Below are positions 20,271-28,369 of a stretch of DNA of 64,000 bases, piece by piece. A model generated the notes under the pieces. That model ran no database searches, had not been told where the DNA came from, and was given only the letters and a program-made list of their open reading frames with translations. The translations under genes and the position numbers were made by a program. Source of the stretch: an uncultured virus (IMG/VR IMGVR_UViG_3300043436_000696) (lineage: Duplodnaviria; Heunggongvirae; Uroviricota; Caudoviricetes); the IMG/VR virus record IMGVR_UViG_3300043436_000696; one strand, written 5' to 3'. Each line of letters starts with the position of its first letter. Position 1 is the stretch's first letter.

Positions 20271-20718
20271 CTTCTATATTATTTATTTGTTTAATGTGTT
20301 CTATTATCTTAAAATACTTCTCTCTAAAGATATCACAGGTTTCTATTAAGTTTTTGAAATTATTAATAGAATGTATCACCGTAGTATGATCCTTTCCGTT
20401 AAGGTATTCACCTATAGATTTAAGGGAATATCTCATATTTCTAGCTAAAAAGCAGAAAATAGACCTTAATTCCGTAAGTTCTCTAACACGTATCTTTTGC
20501 TTTAAATTTAATACTTTATTGTACCTAGTGGGTAAAAAGGGTGTAAAATAGGATTCCAAATGCTCTAGACTCATTAGAGGAGCTCGGTCAGATTGGTCTG
20601 TAATAAGGTTTACTTTGGTTAAAACTACTGGGTAGTACTCAAATTTGTTGAAAAAGTCTTCTTTAAACTTATCTATAAGTTTCTTTTCTAGACGTAGGGC
20701 ATAATCTTGTTGGTTCAT
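20227..20718 (-). CDS. DnaA C-terminal (domain IV) HTH protein
   Basis: R.I..FLAR...SLKSIGEYLNGKDHTTVIHSI, the DnaA_C signature. Confidence 0.8.
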   Translation of the reverse strand: MNQQDYALRLEKKLIDKFKEDFFNKFEYYPVVLTKVNLITDQSDRAPLMSLEHLESYFTPFLPTRYNKVLNLKQKIRVRELTELRSIFCFLARNMRYSLKSIGEYLNGKDHTTVIHSINNFKNLIETCDIFREKYFKIIEHIKQINNIEDGSPIMERLQEIQY

Positions 20719-20736
20719 ATATAGATTTTATGTTCA

Positions 20737-20744
20737 CAAATGTA
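20737..20744 (-). promoter_or_regulatory. Bacteroidota-type -7 promoter box (TACATTTG) heading the replication operon
   Basis: Matches TAnnTTTG 19 nt upstream of the ATG at 20718. The same box occurs at 40683-40690 (-); TAAATTTG at 33753-33760 (+); TAATTTTG at 12836-12843 (-). Confidence 0.65.
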
Positions 20745-20764
20745 GATAATTTCCTTAATATTTT

Positions 20765-20780
20765 GTATATTATATTGTAG
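20765..20780 (+). promoter_or_regulatory. Putative late promoter GTATATT-N4/5-TGTA
   Basis: GTATATTATATTGTAG. Near-identical copies precede the late block (47715-47730) and the scaffold/capsid operon (57984-58000). Confidence 0.55.
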
Positions 20781-20830
20781 GGTTTATAAAAATTCTACAT
20801 ATCCCAAGTTTATATTAAATCATTTATACT

Positions 20831-21112
20831 ATGGCTAATAAATTTTATGCCCAAAAAGATGCTTTAGGATTTCCTATTCCGGGAACTATGATGTCTGTAC
20901 CAGCTACAAGAAGTATTCCTAAAGATTCTGTATCAATTCCTGCTCAAAACGTTACAGCTGGAGCTGGGCAAGCAGTGGTTCCTCAACCATCAAGCTTGCG
21001 TTATTTTGTACGTAAAGATAGATCTGGTAACATTATTCCTAACTCATTGACTATCAGCTTAGAAAAGCCTCAAGGATCTGTATATGAGTTTAAATTGTTG
21101 AAAACAGTCTAA
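20831..21112 (+). CDS. Hypothetical (possibly structural) protein with internal duplication
   Basis: FYAQKDALGFPIPGTM and YFVRKDRSGNIIPNSL are repeats of one motif. Confidence 0.65.
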   Translation: MANKFYAQKDALGFPIPGTMMSVPATRSIPKDSVSIPAQNVTAGAGQAVVPQPSSLRYFVRKDRSGNIIPNSLTISLEKPQGSVYEFKLLKTV

Positions 21113-21124
21113 TCTTAACTAAAA

Positions 21125-21403
21125 ATGACTAAAGAAAATCCTTCTATAGCTGCTTTTAAGGTGTGGATATTCCCATCTTTAGTATCACTTGTTAGTCTTT
21201 TGATATGGAATGATGTCAATGAGATAAAAGCTGATGTTAAGCTTCTTATGGCTCAGTCTAATATAGACAAAACAAGGATTGACAATATAGAAAGACAGCT
21301 TTATAAAGCTGCTCCATCAGCTTCTATTCCGGCTATACCTGAAAAGGAACGTGAAATAGTATATGCTGTTTTACCTGATAACAAGATAAAATACACAAGA
21401 TGA
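21125..21403 (+). CDS. Single-TM coiled-coil protein (lysis cassette; holin/antiholin-like)
   Basis: One TM segment followed by heptad repeats. Confidence 0.5.
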   Translation: MTKENPSIAAFKVWIFPSLVSLVSLLIWNDVNEIKADVKLLMAQSNIDKTRIDNIERQLYKAAPSASIPAIPEKEREIVYAVLPDNKIKYTR

Positions 21404-21648
21404 ATTTTAAAGACTGGGTTTTAGATCTTTTTAAAGATGAGCGTGGTTCTACATCAATCAAACCTGTAGTAGGTTTTATGTGTGCATTATTCTTATGTGT
21501 AACATTAACTGCTAACAGTTTTAGTCATGGAGATATTAAACCTTCAGATGCTTTAGTAGAGTCTGTAATGTATATATGTATAGCAGCTTTATTAGGGGAT
21601 ACTGGAGATAAGTTCTCCCTAAAAAAGAAAAAAGATGAAATATCTTAG
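21400..21648 (+). CDS. Putative holin
   Basis: Two TM segments, DERGSTS.K motif, basic C-terminus; upstream of the endolysin. Confidence 0.6.
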   Translation: MNFKDWVLDLFKDERGSTSIKPVVGFMCALFLCVTLTANSFSHGDIKPSDALVESVMYICIAALLGDTGDKFSLKKKKDEIS

Positions 21649-22255
21649 TATAATTATAGTAATACTAGTTGTAGTATTATTTTTTCAACAAGGTGGATGT
21701 GGTTATGTAAACTTTGACGGTAAAAAATCAGATACAACAGTTGTTCATGATACTACTTGGTCTGTACATGATACTACCATTTATAAAACACTAACTTTAA
21801 AAGGTAAAGTGTTACATGATACAATTACCACTCCTCCAGAGTATATTGCTGATACAAACTATCCTAAGCTTTTAGCTCAGTATAATGATTTGTTAAAGAA
21901 ATATATGGCTCTTGTAGAGTTTAAGGATACTATTAGAATAGATACCCTTGGTTACGTAGCTATTACAGATACTGTTAACCAAAATAGTCTTAAAGGTAGA
22001 TCAGTAAGAACTAACTATAAGATTCCTACAATAACTAACACTGTTACTATACAACATTATGAAAAGCCTAAGACTCAAATGTTCTTTGGTGGTGGTATAA
22101 ACGGTAATCAAACTCTTGGAATTACAGGAGCAAGTGCCGGAGTATTATTAAAAAATAAAAAAGATCATATATATGGATTGAATATAGGTACTGAAATCAA
22201 TGGTCCTATTACTTATGGTATTCAATCTTATTGGAAGATAAAACTAAAAAAATAG
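21635..22255 (+). CDS. Putative spanin-like envelope protein
   Basis: Signal anchor, repeated DT(T/I) motifs, C-terminal beta strands ending YWKIKLKK, as in Bacteroidota phage lysis cassettes. Confidence 0.55.
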   Translation: MKYLSIIIVILVVVLFFQQGGCGYVNFDGKKSDTTVVHDTTWSVHDTTIYKTLTLKGKVLHDTITTPPEYIADTNYPKLLAQYNDLLKKYMALVEFKDTIRIDTLGYVAITDTVNQNSLKGRSVRTNYKIPTITNTVTIQHYEKPKTQMFFGGGINGNQTLGITGASAGVLLKNKKDHIYGLNIGTEINGPITYGIQSYWKIKLKK

Positions 22256-22256
22256 T

Positions 22257-22430
22257 ATGAAAAAAGTAATTGCATTTTTTAAGAGCTTATTTGCTGCACC
22301 TGCAAAACCAGTTGTAGCTCCTGCTCCAGTAGTAGAGGAAGCTCCTAAAGCTAAAAAAGAAGTAGTTGTTGCTGAAGAAGCAGCTCCTAAAAAGAAAAAA
22401 AGATATTACAAACCTAAAAATAAGGCTTAA
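22257..22430 (+). CDS. Small Ala/Pro/Lys-rich protein (57 aa)
   Basis: Hand-translated MKKVIAFFKSLFAAPAKPVV...KKKKRYYKPKNKA. Confidence 0.65.
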   Translation: MKKVIAFFKSLFAAPAKPVVAPAPVVEEAPKAKKEVVVAEEAAPKKKKRYYKPKNKA

Positions 22431-22432
22431 TT

Positions 22433-23050
22433 ATGGACTTATCTCGTTTAAAAGGACATGTTCCTGACACAGTTATTGCTCAGATTCCTTCTATACAAGA
22501 AAAGTTTGGTATCACTACTGCATTAAGACTTGCTCATTTCCTAGCTCAAGCTGGACATGAATCTGGTGGGTTTAGAGTTACACAAGAAAACCTTAACTAT
22601 TCAGCTAAAGGTCTTAAAGGAATTTTTGGTAAGTATTTTAGAAGACCTGATAGAACTTTTGATGAACCAAAGGTATTAGCTTATGCTAAAAAACCTGAGA
22701 AGATTGCAAATCTTGTTTATGGTGGTAGAATGGGTAATGGTCCTGAAGCATCAGGTGATGGTTATAAATTCAGAGGCCGTGGTTATATCCAGTTAACTGG
22801 TAAAGATAACTATACAGCATTTGGTAAATCTATTGGTGTAGATATGGCTGCTAATCCTGATTCAGTAGCTACAACTCACGCCTTATCTTCTGCAGCATGG
22901 TTCTGGTCTAAGAACAAACTTAATGAAATTGCTGATACAGGATCTTCTGATGAAGTAGTAACTAAGATTACTAAAAGAGTTAATGGTGGTACTATTGGCT
23001 TAGCCGATCGTATTAAGCATTTTAAAGAGTATCATACATTACTTGTTTAA
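22433..23050 (+). CDS. Glycoside hydrolase family 19 endolysin
   Basis: AHFLAQAGHESGGF, ENLNYS, FRGRGYIQLTGKDNY, SAAWFW, ITKRVNGG. Confidence 0.92.
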   Translation: MDLSRLKGHVPDTVIAQIPSIQEKFGITTALRLAHFLAQAGHESGGFRVTQENLNYSAKGLKGIFGKYFRRPDRTFDEPKVLAYAKKPEKIANLVYGGRMGNGPEASGDGYKFRGRGYIQLTGKDNYTAFGKSIGVDMAANPDSVATTHALSSAAWFWSKNKLNEIADTGSSDEVVTKITKRVNGGTIGLADRIKHFKEYHTLLV

Positions 23051-23066
23051 TTCTAAATAAATCAAA

Positions 23067-23198
23067 ATGGCTGTAAAGAAAGGTTCTAAATCTGACAACA
23101 GGAAAGTCTCTTTTGGTAAACGCAAAGGAGGAAAAGCTTCAAAAACATCTGGCCCTAAAGCTAAGAAAGTTAGTAAGTACAGAGGTCAGGGTAGATAA
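23067..23198 (+). CDS. Small very basic protein ending KYRGQGR (43 aa)
   Basis: Hand-translated MAVKKGSKSDNRKVSFGKRKGG...SKYRGQGR. Confidence 0.7.
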   Translation: MAVKKGSKSDNRKVSFGKRKGGKASKTSGPKAKKVSKYRGQGR

Positions 23199-23231
23199 TT
23201 TCTACCCTTTCTTTTTTTAAAAATTTATACT

Positions 23232-23861
23232 ATGTTAATATTAACTAGACTCCGAGAGTATTTACTTTACGGTTTTATGACCTTTGTAGGTGCATGGTTA
23301 CTTTTTGCTATAAGTTTTATGTTCTACTGTTTATTCTTAGAATTTACAGGAGGTCAAGAAAAACTTCAGCAAATGTCTAATGAGTTTTCTTGGAAGTTTG
23401 ATGGTACATTTAAAAACCATCCAGGAAACATTTGGTATGAAGAACCTAAGACAATTGCTATAGGAATGATTACTAACAAGATCCAGATTGGAAACTTAGC
23501 GGGTAATAGAAAACTAGAGTTTGGTATAAAGAATGTCTTAGAAGAAGTGTATCAAGCTGAGGGCTATGATTTAGATCACGCTTCTGACAATGTTTTAAAG
23601 GTTGATATAGTATATCTAGATGTATTAAAAACACAATCTAGCTTTTCTATAGTACATAATAACAAGGAATCTGTAGTTATCAGACTACAAGGATTCTTAT
23701 ATAAAGGTGATAAGCTCGTTAAAAAAGTTCTTGTAGAAGAATCTGCAGATGAGATATCAATGTCCACTCTTCTTATAGATGAGGGAGGTAAATTTAACAA
23801 TCAAAATTTATCTACTGCTATTAAAAAAGCATGTAGTTCACTTGTAAAGAAACTTAATTAA
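23232..23861 (+). CDS. Membrane-anchored CsgG/HfaB-like protein
   Basis: N-terminal TM helix; alpha/beta domain whose ends resemble 27540..28253 (KLEFGIKNVLEE vs RVGLGVANISME; KFNNQNLSTAIKKA vs KFNQSTISISTKKA). Confidence 0.5.
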   Translation: MLILTRLREYLLYGFMTFVGAWLLFAISFMFYCLFLEFTGGQEKLQQMSNEFSWKFDGTFKNHPGNIWYEEPKTIAIGMITNKIQIGNLAGNRKLEFGIKNVLEEVYQAEGYDLDHASDNVLKVDIVYLDVLKTQSSFSIVHNNKESVVIRLQGFLYKGDKLVKKVLVEESADEISMSTLLIDEGGKFNNQNLSTAIKKACSSLVKKLN

Positions 23862-25966
23862 TGAAGAAACTATTATTTTTTCTTACACTTTTATTTGTTA
23901 TTCAAGCATCTGCTCAACAGAAGTTTAAAGCTGCTGTTTTAGTTGGTGGTCCATCTCTTAATAGAGGTGGTGAGTTTGACTATGTAATTTATGGTAATGG
24001 TATGAACAATGCTACTACTCGTCAATTACTATTTGATTTACAATATGATAGAAACAATTTTGAGATTGTATCTGTAAATCATACTGGTACAGGAGGTAAT
24101 GGTGGTATTCTTCCTCAAGGTTCTAATATTAATCTTGCTTATTACGACTATCCTGGGTATAATTTTCTTACAGTAAGCTCAGGATCTAGTGCTAATACCA
24201 CAACTAACGGTACTACTAACTATCAATATGCACAGTACAACTATAGTAATACTAATCCTTATGCTATATTAAGAGTTACTCTTACTTGGTCTACTAATTC
24301 AGCTATGCCTTATAATGGTTATAGTGATTTTATCAAAATTAAGTTTAGACTTAAAGCTGCTTCTACAGCATATACTTTTAATCCAATTAAGTTGAACTTT
24401 GTAGCTGGCTGGACAGCTTCAGGTGCTTATGATGCTACTACAATGGAAGCTCCGTTAACTACAGCTGTAGCTATGAACCAAAACTTTGGTAAATATGTGA
24501 CAGCTAAGGTAGATTTAAACTCTAACTTATTTAATGTTTCTAATCTTAGAGTATCTTTTAGAGATACTGTAGCAAATACAGGCGTTTTATTCCCTGTAAC
24601 TTCTACAGGAGATGTAGATGTAAATCAATCTCAGCTAGCTGCTAATAAAGTTTATGAAGTTAGTTTAATGCATGACATGGATAAATTATATACTATCTAT
24701 GGTAATGCAATCACTATATCAGATTTTACTACAGCTCAGAATGAATTTACTTCAATGGGACTGGATGGATCAAATGGTCAGAATTTAAAAACTGGACAGT
24801 CACTGTATGCTGCTGACATTAACAGAAACCAAAAGATAGATGGAGGTGATTTACCTAGACTACTAGGTCAAGTAGCTAATATAGATACATTAACAAAACT
24901 TCCTAGTACTTATGTTACCGGTAGTGGTGGATATATGGCTATTCCTACATGGAATGCAGCTGAAATACGTACACTTGCTGGTCAAGTTGAATGGGTATAT
25001 GTCAATGTTGGAACATCAAATAGTACTTTGTATGTTGATATGAGAAAGTTTCCTAGTGGAACTGTGGCTAGTACTTTAAAAAGTATACAATTATTTGATG
25101 TATACACTGGACCTATAGAATATATAACAGAAGATGCTGCTTGGGCTCAATATAGAATTCCTACTACTATACCAAAAGCTGTAGATGGTAGTTCACTATA
25201 CTCTGTATATATAAGAAAGAATAATAATGATTACATGTTCCAAGCTGAACCTAGTTTTAATACTTCTGTAAATAGTTCATGGGGAGCTATAAATACTACT
25301 AACTGGAAGAATATAACATATCCTAGAACTTATTTGACTACAGGAACTCTTGGTACAAATGCTGTTTTGGATCTTAAATATCTTTTATGGGGTGATGTAA
25401 ATAGATCTCACTCTTCTCAGGTTGTAACTGTTTCTAGTGGATCTTCTACTGTACAAACTAATGCTGTTAATAGTTTACAAACTAACACTGCATTTAGAAA
25501 CATGTCTACACTATCTACAGGAGGATTTATTAACACTCCATATGATGTAAGTTCTGTAGATGTAAACTTAACTAACTTAACTGTTACAAGTAACACTATA
25601 GAAATACCTGTAGGTTTAGACACTAAAGGTTTAAATGTATCTGGTTTACAATTTGAGTTTACATATGATCCTAATAAAATTAAATTTGAAGAGCTTGTTC
25701 CTACACTTCCTGCTACTTGGTACATTTTTGCAAATGATAATAATGGCAGAGTTAAATTTGGAGCATTAGATCAAAATAAATCAGTTGCTTTATCTGGTGT
25801 AAGTATACCATTCAAACTTAAGTTTAGCACAATTGGTGAAGGTGTAAATATTATTACATCTGTAAAAGTATCAACTCTTATGGATGCTAGTGATGCTAAA
25901 GGTAATCAATTAGGTATTAATCTAAATTCTACACAAATTAAATTAACCGGTTATAACAACTTTTAG
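23861..25966 (+). CDS. Secreted cohesin/dockerin-domain protein
   Basis: Signal peptide (..QASA/Q). N-terminal cohesin-like LFDLQYD domain; dockerin Ca-loops AADINRNQKIDGGDL and GDVNRS; C-terminal cohesin-like IEIPV...SGLQFEFTYDPNKIKF. Confidence 0.7.
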   Translation: MKKLLFFLTLLFVIQASAQQKFKAAVLVGGPSLNRGGEFDYVIYGNGMNNATTRQLLFDLQYDRNNFEIVSVNHTGTGGNGGILPQGSNINLAYYDYPGYNFLTVSSGSSANTTTNGTTNYQYAQYNYSNTNPYAILRVTLTWSTNSAMPYNGYSDFIKIKFRLKAASTAYTFNPIKLNFVAGWTASGAYDATTMEAPLTTAVAMNQNFGKYVTAKVDLNSNLFNVSNLRVSFRDTVANTGVLFPVTSTGDVDVNQSQLAANKVYEVSLMHDMDKLYTIYGNAITISDFTTAQNEFTSMGLDGSNGQNLKTGQSLYAADINRNQKIDGGDLPRLLGQVANIDTLTKLPSTYVTGSGGYMAIPTWNAAEIRTLAGQVEWVYVNVGTSNSTLYVDMRKFPSGTVASTLKSIQLFDVYTGPIEYITEDAAWAQYRIPTTIPKAVDGSSLYSVYIRKNNNDYMFQAEPSFNTSVNSSWGAINTTNWKNITYPRTYLTTGTLGTNAVLDLKYLLWGDVNRSHSSQVVTVSSGSSTVQTNAVNSLQTNTAFRNMSTLSTGGFINTPYDVSSVDVNLTNLTVTSNTIEIPVGLDTKGLNVSGLQFEFTYDPNKIKFEELVPTLPATWYIFANDNNGRVKFGALDQNKSVALSGVSIPFKLKFSTIGEGVNIITSVKVSTLMDASDAKGNQLGINLNSTQIKLTGYNNF

Positions 25967-25967
25967 A

Positions 25968-26339
25968 ATGAATAAATTAGAAAAATTATTAAACTTAGGA
26001 TTTTTGCTAACTATTGTAGTTGCAAGTTGTAGAAAAGTAGAACCTGTACCTTTTCAAACAATTGATTTAGGTAAACAATCTACATCTACAAGTATTAAAT
26101 CTATTGTACAGAATGGTACTACAGTCACTGCAGAGTTTGCAACAACTCCAGGAGCTAAGTATTCTGTACAGATAATCCCATTTGGTTCAGAAGAGCCTGC
26201 TAAGAAAGAAGGGTTTACAGCTAAAGATAGTTTAACTGTTAAATCTTATAGCTTAGTTGATTTACCTAAAAAACACTATGATTTTATATTCATAGATATT
26301 AGCGGTAAAGAAGTAAAGTTTCCTATATTAATTAAATAA
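25968..26339 (+). CDS. Lipoprotein
   Basis: Lipobox VASC followed by an Ig-like beta-rich domain. Confidence 0.7.
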   Translation: MNKLEKLLNLGFLLTIVVASCRKVEPVPFQTIDLGKQSTSTSIKSIVQNGTTVTAEFATTPGAKYSVQIIPFGSEEPAKKEGFTAKDSLTVKSYSLVDLPKKHYDFIFIDISGKEVKFPILIK

Positions 26340-26358
26340 ACTATAAAAAACATACATT

Positions 26359-26664
26359 ATGTCAGAAGAAGTAGAACAAGAATCAACTGGTAAGTCCTTT
26401 AAAGGGATTCTTATCACTTTAGTAAGTACCGTTACACTAGGTGTAGGTGGTTTTGTTACTAATAAATTAACAGGTGGCGGTGATGAGAAAGAAACTCCTG
26501 CCGCTGCAGCTCCAGTTATTAATATTACCAACTCTAACCAGCAAGCTGCTGCTAGTGGTGGTAAAACTGTTATTATTAAGGAGAAAGAAGTTGCGGCTAA
26601 ACCTGCTGCTCCTGTTAAAAAGAAAGAAGGAGACGAGTTTAAAGAAGAAGCTCCTAAATGGTAA
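26359..26664 (+). CDS. Single-TM protein with low-complexity tail
   Basis: TM ILITLVSTVTLGVGGFV, then A/P/K/E-rich segment. Confidence 0.65.
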   Translation: MSEEVEQESTGKSFKGILITLVSTVTLGVGGFVTNKLTGGGDEKETPAAAAPVINITNSNQQAAASGGKTVIIKEKEVAAKPAAPVKKKEGDEFKEEAPKW

Positions 26665-26691
26665 TATATTATTAAGAATTAAAAAGTTTTC

Positions 26692-27300
26692 ATGGAAGAT
26701 AAAAAACAACCAGAAGCTGGTGGGTTCAAGGAACTCCTAGGCTCAATGATGAGAAGACGCTGGTTTATTACAGCGTTAGTATTAGGATCATTTATGATGA
26801 TCATTGTAGCTATTTTTATAGCTGTATCTAATAATGCCTCTATGGCTGGAGAATGGAAAGAGTTATTAATGTTATTATTAGGAGCTTTTATTGGCTCTTA
26901 CGGTAAGATTATTGATTATTGGTTCTCTGATACAGATAAAGATAAGATGCTTGTACAGAAGATGGATGAGGAAGATGGTGTTACTCTTTCTCATACTAAT
27001 GATATGAAAGAGTCTAATAAACCATATGCTCCAACTATTCCTGATGCATTTGTTAAAGCTGCAGAGCGTGCTTCTGATTTAGCTGTTACTGAAAACAAAC
27101 AAAAGTTTGAGCTTGCTAAAGATGAACAAGAACATCGTCAAGTTTTAGAAGTTGATCAGCAAGAACATAAGCAAGAGATGGAAAAATTAGAGTTCCTGCA
27201 TCATGAGCACAAACAGTGTGTGCATGAATGGGGTGATACTGATGGTGATGGAGATTTAGAATGTATCCATTGCGGCAGAATCAAGGATGAGCATTGTTAA
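26692..27300 (+). CDS. Two-TM membrane protein with coiled tail and C-terminal metal-binding motif
   Basis: Two TMs, IIDYWFSD (holin-like), C-terminal CVHEWGDTDGDGDLECIHCG. Confidence 0.7.
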   Translation: MEDKKQPEAGGFKELLGSMMRRRWFITALVLGSFMMIIVAIFIAVSNNASMAGEWKELLMLLLGAFIGSYGKIIDYWFSDTDKDKMLVQKMDEEDGVTLSHTNDMKESNKPYAPTIPDAFVKAAERASDLAVTENKQKFELAKDEQEHRQVLEVDQQEHKQEMEKLEFLHHEHKQCVHEWGDTDGDGDLECIHCGRIKDEHC

Positions 27301-27324
27301 CTTAATTAAATACTATGGATTCTG

Positions 27325-27543
27325 ATGACCAAAAGACAGAGAATAAAAATACTTCGTTCCTCACGGGATGTCAGCTTAATGGCAGCAATGTTCTTTCTGC
27401 CTTTAGGCTACGATCTGTTGTTCAAGACGCTCTTAGATTACACTGGGAGCTTTTGGGCTACAGATATCATATTCTATTGTCTATCCGGAGTGTTTTGGCT
27501 ATCATACTTCTTGCTGTCCAGATCTTTAAAAACTAAGTCATGA
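27325..27543 (+). CDS. Small two-TM membrane protein
   Basis: Two hydrophobic segments; ATGA overlap with the next gene. Confidence 0.6.
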   Translation: MTKRQRIKILRSSRDVSLMAAMFFLPLGYDLLFKTLLDYTGSFWATDIIFYCLSGVFWLSYFLLSRSLKTKS

Positions 27544-28253
27544 AATACTTTATAATATTAGCTTGTTTACTATTTACTATTAACGGGAGTGCACAGATTG
27601 CATCTACTAAAACAGAAAACTATAAAGCTTCTTTTGAGAAGGCTATAGATATTTCTGATTTTTTAGACTATGATGGGCCACAAATACCTATACAGATATT
27701 GAAGTGTGGTATATCAGATGAAATGTATGAGATGTATCCTGAGCTTAAAGAAAAGCGTGTAGGTCTTGGTGTAGCCAATATCTCTATGGAATATTTAGAG
27801 AATCTTAATAGATTCAAATTTACAGAGGATAAAACAGAGATTAAAAATCGTATGGTGAAGCAGTTTCAGGCTTCTCAAGCAGGTATCTCTGAGAATAAGT
27901 TAGATGGTCGTGGTAAGATTAATCTTGCTAAATACTTTGTAACAATTGAATGTTATGATTATAGTATATCAGAAGATGAAAGTGTTAGCCTTAAAGATGG
28001 TACAAAACAACTTATGGTTACGAGGATTGGTTTACAAGTTAGATTCACTGATGCTGAAACTGGTGTGGTTTTTTCTGGTTCTGGACTTGGTGAGGCAAAG
28101 ACTACTAAAGAGACTTCAGGTTTATCTGATGCGGCTTTAGATCCAGTTAAGTTCAATCAATCTACTATTAGTATTTCTACTAAGAAAGCATTAGATATAG
28201 CTTGTGCTCGTATCCTAGATCGTATGATTAAGAAAGGTATATTTACTAAATAA
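27540..28253 (+). CDS. CsgG-like (curli secretion channel family) protein
   Basis: Signal peptide; LGVANI..EYL..LNRFKFTE, AKYFV...YDYS, RIGLQVRFTDAETG...GSGLGEA, C-terminal KKALD.A helix. Confidence 0.7.
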   Translation: MKYFIILACLLFTINGSAQIASTKTENYKASFEKAIDISDFLDYDGPQIPIQILKCGISDEMYEMYPELKEKRVGLGVANISMEYLENLNRFKFTEDKTEIKNRMVKQFQASQAGISENKLDGRGKINLAKYFVTIECYDYSISEDESVSLKDGTKQLMVTRIGLQVRFTDAETGVVFSGSGLGEAKTTKETSGLSDAALDPVKFNQSTISISTKKALDIACARILDRMIKKGIFTK

Positions 28254-28261
28254 TTATTATT

Positions 28262-28369
28262 ATGGCAAACGCTAAGAAAAAGAAGAGAGCTATGAGATCA
28301 ATTAGATCTGGAGTTAAAACTGCAGCTTTAATTAAATCTAATCTAGTCATCTTAAATAAGTTAAAGTGA
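28262..28369 (+). CDS. Small basic protein (35 aa)
   Basis: Hand-translated MANAKKKKRAMRSIRSGVKTAALIKSNLVILNKLK. Confidence 0.5.
   Translation: MANAKKKKRAMRSIRSGVKTAALIKSNLVILNKLK

Noticed and set aside
27315..27536. Alternative 73-aa ORF overlapping 27325..27543
   Set aside because: The 27325 frame has two clean TM segments and an ATGA overlap with the next gene, which fits the operon better.
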